64,000 nucleotides of DNA, taken from positions 13,626 through 77,625 of the forward strand of contig CAINCE010000073.1 in NCBI GenBank assembly GCA_903846945.1, read 5' to 3'. This document shows, piece by piece, positions 58,984 through 64,000 of this stretch. The notes beneath the pieces were generated by a model. That model was not told the origin of the DNA, searched no databases, and saw only the letters and a list, made by a program, of their open reading frames with translations. Position numbers and translations under genes: made by a program. Numbering within the stretch: the stretch's first letter is position 1; each line of letters begins with the position of its first letter. The DNA is from an uncultured bacterium. GTDB lineage: Bacteria; Patescibacteriota; Minisyncoccia; Phycocordibacterales; PALSA-1337.

Positions 58984-59226
58984 ATGACCTCAATGCTACC
59001 GACCATATTAAAACCAATCTTTTGGGATGCTCCGTTCGATAAAATTGACCGTGATGTCAATAAGAGCTATGTAATATCACGCATATTGGAGTTGGGTGAT
59101 GAGTCTGCTGTAGATTGGCTCCGACATTATTATTCATCAGTGGACTTGAAATCAATTCTAAAAACCAGTAGGTCGATTTCACCAAAAAGTAGGAATTATT
59201 GGAATCTTATATTCAATCATAAATAA
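58984..59226 (+). CDS. DUF6922-like antitoxin
   Basis: IFWD..D....YVISRILELGD..V.WL..YY; upstream of an AbiEii-like gene. Confidence 0.7.
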   Translation: MTSMLPTILKPIFWDAPFDKIDRDVNKSYVISRILELGDESAVDWLRHYYSSVDLKSILKTSRSISPKSRNYWNLIFNHK

Positions 59227-59230
59227 TTTT

Positions 59231-59842
59231 ATGCATGAAGAAACTCTGGCTAAACCAACGTTAAAATTGTTTGAAAAGCTCGCACAAAATTTGTGGGTTT
59301 CTGATTTTTATCTGGCTGGTGGAACAGCTCTCGCATTGCGACTCGGGCATCGTGTTTCTGTTGATCTAGATTTCTTTAGCGAAAATGATTTCAATGAAGC
59401 TGCTTTCGTAGATAAGCTGGTTCCTATAGGTGATCTCAAAGTGCTTCAAAAGTCGCCCCAATCGGTGATTGGTAGTATGGACGGTGTGAAGTTCTCATTT
59501 CTAGGCTATAAATATCCAATATTGCAATCAGGTATTAAATGGAAGGGTATAACTATTGCGTCAGTCGAAGATATTGCATGTATGAAACTAGACGCTTTAT
59601 CTAGTAGGGGGACCAAGCGTGACTTTATTGACTTGTATTTTATAGCAAAGCAAATACCGTTGCCAACAGTTGTTAAGTTATTTGAAACGAAGTTTGCGAA
59701 GATCAAGTATAATATGCTGCATATAAAGAAAAGTTTGGTTTACTTTGACGATGCGGAAGGTGATCCGATGCCGAATATGCTCGTGCCGATCAAGTGGAGT
59801 GAGGTAAAAGAATATTTTATCAAACAAGGAACCGCGCTCTAA
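59231..59842 (+). CDS. AbiEii-family nucleotidyltransferase toxin
   Basis: FYLAGGTALAL.LGHRVSVDLDFF, MKL.A..RG.KRDF.DLY. Confidence 0.88.
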   Translation: MHEETLAKPTLKLFEKLAQNLWVSDFYLAGGTALALRLGHRVSVDLDFFSENDFNEAAFVDKLVPIGDLKVLQKSPQSVIGSMDGVKFSFLGYKYPILQSGIKWKGITIASVEDIACMKLDALSSRGTKRDFIDLYFIAKQIPLPTVVKLFETKFAKIKYNMLHIKKSLVYFDDAEGDPMPNMLVPIKWSEVKEYFIKQGTAL

Positions 59843-59844
59843 AT

Positions 59845-60996
59845 ATGAAAACACTCAAAGATATAGAATATTTGTCAGGCGTGAAAGTTTTGGTACGAGT
59901 TGATTTTAATGTTCCTATAAAAAACGGCGTAGTTGTTGAGGATTTCCGTGTGCGGGCCGCATTACCAACGATTGATTATTTGATAGGAAAAGGTGCCAAA
60001 GTAATACTGATGAGTCATCTCGAGGCAGCTGATGGTACGAATCCATCACTTGCGCCAGTTGCTGATTGTTTGAAGCGACTAGGCAAGGAAGTGATGTTCA
60101 TAAAGGATTTCAATAGGGCACATGATGTTACCAATGAGCAACTGAAAGGTGGCGCATGTGCATTACTAGAAAACCTGCGCTTTTTTGATGGCGAGAAGAA
60201 GAATGATCTGAAATTTGCCAAGGAACTGGCTTCACTTGGCGACCTTTATGTAAATGATGCCTTCTCTGTATGTCATCGTGAGCATGCGTCAGTCGTCGGT
60301 GTTCCAAAATTCTTACCGAGTTACGCTGGTCTACAACTCGAAAAGGAAGTCGCGAACCTCTCACGGGCATTCACTCCGACACACCCATTTCTATTCATCC
60401 TAGGCGGTGCCAAATTCGATACGAAATTGCCATTGCTGGAGAAATTCATAGAGATAGCTGACTCGGTATTTGTCGGTGGGGCACTGGCGAACGATCTGCT
60501 CAAAGCAAAGGGATATGCAGTCGGAAAATCTGTGGTTTCAAAAGAAGATGATTTAAGATTAAAGATTTACGATTTACGAAAATTGGCGCAAAATCCCAAA
60601 ATTATTTTACCTTTAGATATTATCGATGAAAAGAAACAAGTGGAGCCCGTCAATGCTATCGGTGCTGACGACAAGAATATGGACATAGGACCAGACACGA
60701 TGGAAGCATTAAAATCAATAGTGGCAACCGCCAAGTTTATTCTGTGGAACGGCCCGCTCGGACTCTATGAAAGTGGTTTTAAGGAGGCAACAATAGAATT
60801 AGCAAAGATGATCAGTGAGGCGACGGCGAATGGTACAGAATCTATCGTCGGTGGGGGAGATACATTGGCGGCTATCGCTGAACTCGGTGCGCAAGAGAAG
60901 TTCACATTTATATCAACAGGTGGTGGCGCAATGTTGGATTTCTTGGCTACTGGAACATTGCCAGGGATAGAGGCATTGAAAAACTCGAATCTTTAA
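59845..60996 (+). CDS. pgk: Phosphoglycerate kinase
   Basis: RVDFNVP, LLENLRF, YVNDAF, WNGPLG, ISTGGGA. Confidence 0.97.
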   Translation: MKTLKDIEYLSGVKVLVRVDFNVPIKNGVVVEDFRVRAALPTIDYLIGKGAKVILMSHLEAADGTNPSLAPVADCLKRLGKEVMFIKDFNRAHDVTNEQLKGGACALLENLRFFDGEKKNDLKFAKELASLGDLYVNDAFSVCHREHASVVGVPKFLPSYAGLQLEKEVANLSRAFTPTHPFLFILGGAKFDTKLPLLEKFIEIADSVFVGGALANDLLKAKGYAVGKSVVSKEDDLRLKIYDLRKLAQNPKIILPLDIIDEKKQVEPVNAIGADDKNMDIGPDTMEALKSIVATAKFILWNGPLGLYESGFKEATIELAKMISEATANGTESIVGGGDTLAAIAELGAQEKFTFISTGGGAMLDFLATGTLPGIEALKNSNL

Positions 60997-61074
60997 TTCT
61001 TTAGATAGTTGAAAATGATTTCAGGTCGGAATTGACCAGTCACCGATTTGGAGGAAAAATTCTTGGCGAGCTAA

Positions 61075-61443
61075 CTATTTTATAGCAGCTTCCAAAATCT
61101 TCTTTTTGTTTCCTTCAAAATCTTCTTTGTCTCCTTTGGTACTCTTGGGATCTGGATATAGCCAGATGTGTGCATGTTCAACTTCTTCACCAACTATCTT
61201 TGCGTGTATGGCAGGTTGTTTGAAGGCTTTCTGTAGAACTGTGGCTATCTTACTCACTGCTTCGAAGTATTCACCGACATTGGTAACTTCCCAGACCCAT
61301 CGGTAATGCTTCTTAGGTATGACTAATGCATGACCTGGTGATAGGGGACGAACATCTAGAAAAGCTAGAAAATTCGTATCTTCATAGATAACTGTCGCAG
61401 GAATCTCCTTTTTGATGATTTTACAGAAGATGCAGGAGGTCAT
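61075..61443 (-). CDS. HIT family protein
   Basis: [22 protein letters not shown]. Confidence 0.88.
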   Translation of the reverse strand: MTSCIFCKIIKKEIPATVIYEDTNFLAFLDVRPLSPGHALVIPKKHYRWVWEVTNVGEYFEAVSKIATVLQKAFKQPAIHAKIVGEEVEHAHIWLYPDPKSTKGDKEDFEGNKKKILEAAIK

Positions 61444-61575
61444 GTATTAATGGTAGCACAATTATGGTGTCGAGAGAGGTGACTTATGCACCGTTTCTCT
61501 ATTGATGTACATATTGACATATATATCTAATATATATAAGATATAGGTGTTAAGAATAATGATAAACAAATCAAC

Positions 61576-61845
61576 ATGATCACTCAAGTTATAGTAAATA
61601 TGGATAGCACCTTGAAGGCAAGGGCTATGAAAAAGGCAAAGAAAGCGGGCCTGCCATTTTCTTATGTCATCAATCACGCTGTTCGTGCGTACGTCGAGGA
61701 CAAATTTGGCATCGAATTCGTCCAAAAGTTCAATGCAAAGACAGATAGAGAGATCCGTCAGGCTTTGAAGGATATAAAAGAAGGGAAAAATTTGTCGCCA
61801 GTCTTTCATTCAGTTGACGAAGCGAGAAAATACCTAGATAATTGA
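61576..61845 (+). CDS. RelB/DinJ-like antitoxin
   Basis: RHH-like N-terminus; upstream of a RelE-like gene. Confidence 0.65.
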   Translation: MITQVIVNMDSTLKARAMKKAKKAGLPFSYVINHAVRAYVEDKFGIEFVQKFNAKTDREIRQALKDIKEGKNLSPVFHSVDEARKYLDN

Positions 61846-61848
61846 CCA

Positions 61849-62103
61849 GTGCCTTATATTTTCCACAGAAAATTTAAGAAAAAATTCAAAAGACTGTCTC
61901 CTGAAACAAAGGAGCAGTTTTTTGACCGACTCAAAATATTTTATGTTAATCCGTTTGATGAGAGATTGAGTAATCATACTGTCTATAAAGTATATCCAGG
62001 ATGCAGGAGTATCAATATAACTGGCGATATTAGGGCTTTGTATGAGACTCATGATAATGTTGCTGTATTCGTAAATATCGGTACACATTCTGACTTGTAT
62101 TAA
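61849..62103 (+). CDS. RelE/YafQ-family toxin
   Basis: FKKKFKRL..NH....Y.G.RSINITGD.RALY..IGTHSDLY. Confidence 0.85.
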   Translation: MPYIFHRKFKKKFKRLSPETKEQFFDRLKIFYVNPFDERLSNHTVYKVYPGCRSINITGDIRALYETHDNVAVFVNIGTHSDLY

Positions 62104-62117
62104 TATTAGATCAAACC

Positions 62118-63929
62118 ATGTCCTACAATATCCGCAAACCTTTAACCGATGAGCAACGACAACGATATGCTGGTATGTCGGATACTGTGGCACACCTCCT
62201 GTTTCATCGAGGTGTTACTGATGTGGAATCGGCGAAGGAATTCATTTTTCCTGACTATGACGCAGGTACACATGACCCATTTCTACTCAAAGACGCGGAA
62301 AAGGCGGCGATCAGAGTCATCTATGCAATTGAGAATGATGAACGAATCGCTATTTACTCTGACTATGACGCGGATGGCATTCCTGGAGCTGCTATATTCA
62401 ATGATTTTTTCAAGAGAATTGGCTACAAGAACTATTCCATATACATACCTCATCGTCATGATGAAGGATTTGGGGTGAATGTGGGAGCTGTTGAACAACT
62501 GGTGAGTGAAGGTGTGAAGCTAGTCATCACTATAGACTGTGGTATCACTGATGTCGGACCGATCACACTCGCAGTCGAAAAAGGAATGGATGTCATCGTT
62601 ACTGACCACCATGAACCACCAGCAGAATTGCCACCCGCATTCGCTATCGTTGATCATAAACAAGTTGATTGTGCATATCCAGATAAGAATCTTTGCGGTT
62701 CTGGTGTTGCGTACAAGTTGGTTCAGGCAATATTGAAGAAGAATCGTTTTGGTTTGAAAGAAGGTATGGAAAAATGGCTGCTAGATTTGGTAGGTATCGC
62801 TACGATGTCCGACATGGTTCCTCTAGTAGGGGAGAATCGCATATTTGCTTACTATGGATTGTCGGTTCTACGAAAGAGTCCACGTAAAGGCATTATGCAA
62901 CTATTGCGCAAGCTCGGGATCAGTCAGCGACATCTCACAGAAGATGATATCGCCTTCATGGTGACGCCGCGGATCAACGCCGCCTCTAGGATGGGGGTGC
63001 CTATGGATGCATTCAAGATGCTCTCTGCGGACAATGATGATGATGCATATAGCTCGGTCGATCATCTAGACAAGATAAATAATGAGAGAAAGGGTGTTGT
63101 AGCTTCATTGGTTAAGGAGGTGAAAAAGGTATTGCATAGTAGGTATGGAAATATGGCTAATACCTCGCACCCGCTTGGGGGTGCACGAAGTGAATCCAAT
63201 ACATCCTTACCAGCAGTTATCTTTCTCGGAAATCCTGATTGGAGGCCTTCATTACTCGGGCTGGTCGCGAATACATGTGCAGAAGAATACGACCGACCGG
63301 TATTTCTATGGGGTCGTGACGGAGGTAATATCATCAAAGGTTCATGTAGATCTGAGGGTAGGACCAATGTTGTCGGGCTCATGCGTGCAGTACCGGCTGG
63401 TATCCTCGGGCACTTTGGTGGGCATAAACATTCTGGGGGATTTGCTGTGAAGAACGAAGATATCCATTTCGTTGAGAAGCATCTGAATGATGCGATGGAA
63501 AAAATGAAAAATGTAGGTCAAAATAATGATGAGTCTGGTAATATTCAAAATCAAGTGGAAGGTAGTGATTCTGATACTGCCACGATCGACATGGAAATAA
63601 CTATTGATCAAGTCGACTACACATTGTATGAAGACTTGAATAAGTTAGCACCATTCGGTATAGGTAATCCAAAGCCAGTTTTCTTGTTGAGAAATGTGTC
63701 ACCAGTCACAGTTCGCAAGTTCGGTAAGACGAACAATCATATGGAACTGATGTTCAAGAAGGGTAATGGTGTCAAAATCCCAGCTATTTGCTTCTTCGGT
63801 GCTGAAAATGAGTGGGTGACGAAGGTGATAGTTGGTAAGCCACTGGATCTGGTCGCTTCTGTTGAGAAATCGATGTTTAGGAACAAGGCTGAGCTAAGGC
63901 TGAGAATTATTGATATACTAGTAAAATGA
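62118..63929 (+). CDS. recJ: Single-stranded DNA exonuclease RecJ
   Basis: DYDADG, TIDCG, TDHH, PRINAASR, GGH, APFGIGNPKP. Confidence 0.96.
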   Translation: MSYNIRKPLTDEQRQRYAGMSDTVAHLLFHRGVTDVESAKEFIFPDYDAGTHDPFLLKDAEKAAIRVIYAIENDERIAIYSDYDADGIPGAAIFNDFFKRIGYKNYSIYIPHRHDEGFGVNVGAVEQLVSEGVKLVITIDCGITDVGPITLAVEKGMDVIVTDHHEPPAELPPAFAIVDHKQVDCAYPDKNLCGSGVAYKLVQAILKKNRFGLKEGMEKWLLDLVGIATMSDMVPLVGENRIFAYYGLSVLRKSPRKGIMQLLRKLGISQRHLTEDDIAFMVTPRINAASRMGVPMDAFKMLSADNDDDAYSSVDHLDKINNERKGVVASLVKEVKKVLHSRYGNMANTSHPLGGARSESNTSLPAVIFLGNPDWRPSLLGLVANTCAEEYDRPVFLWGRDGGNIIKGSCRSEGRTNVVGLMRAVPAGILGHFGGHKHSGGFAVKNEDIHFVEKHLNDAMEKMKNVGQNNDESGNIQNQVEGSDSDTATIDMEITIDQVDYTLYEDLNKLAPFGIGNPKPVFLLRNVSPVTVRKFGKTNNHMELMFKKGNGVKIPAICFFGAENEWVTKVIVGKPLDLVASVEKSMFRNKAELRLRIIDILVK

Positions 63930-63943
63930 ATAATACAAATACA

Positions 63944-64000
63944 ATGAAGACAACAATTTTCACCGATGGTTCATCGAGGGGCAATCCTGGGAGAGGAGGG
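63944..64000 (+). CDS. rnhA: Ribonuclease HI (N-terminal fragment)
   Basis: MKTTIFTDGSSRGNPGRGG. Confidence 0.8.
   Translation, partial: MKTTIFTDGSSRGNPGRGG

Overview
Chromosomal window from a small-genome bacterium, most likely Patescibacteria/CPR (Parcubacteria-like). This is inferred from the gene set, leaderless promoters, TrmB-type regulators, the type IV pilus cluster and the CPR-type DGR. The backbone carries comM, pnp, rpsO, a Xer recombinase, xth, cca, four tRNAs, HU, rny, clpP, rsmE, tig, hppA, nusA, pilB/pilC/pilins, tpiA, pgk, recJ and rnhA, plus three toxin-antitoxin pairs. Two accessory loci stand out. (1) 18.6-28.9 kb is a mirror-image locus. Two outward-facing TrmB-like regulators each sit back-to-back with an inward-running array of small genes. 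Both arrays begin with a paralogous Csx20-like (putative ring nuclease) gene, share TGTCA-N8-TGACA operator-like boxes, and are punctuated by five type III hammerhead ribozymes and several other recurring structured RNA motifs. One of these motifs occupies exactly the slot used by the hammerheads. A ~750-nt structured leader heads the right array, and a DUF3800 gene with flanking structured RNAs sits in the middle. (2) 36.9-39.5 kb is a complete diversity-generating retroelement (18 VR/TR mismatches, all at TR adenines). Its avd and RT genes are head-to-head and share a G10 tract; removing one G would restore ATG starts to both genes. All calls were made by eye from the sequence and ORF track; no database searches were run.
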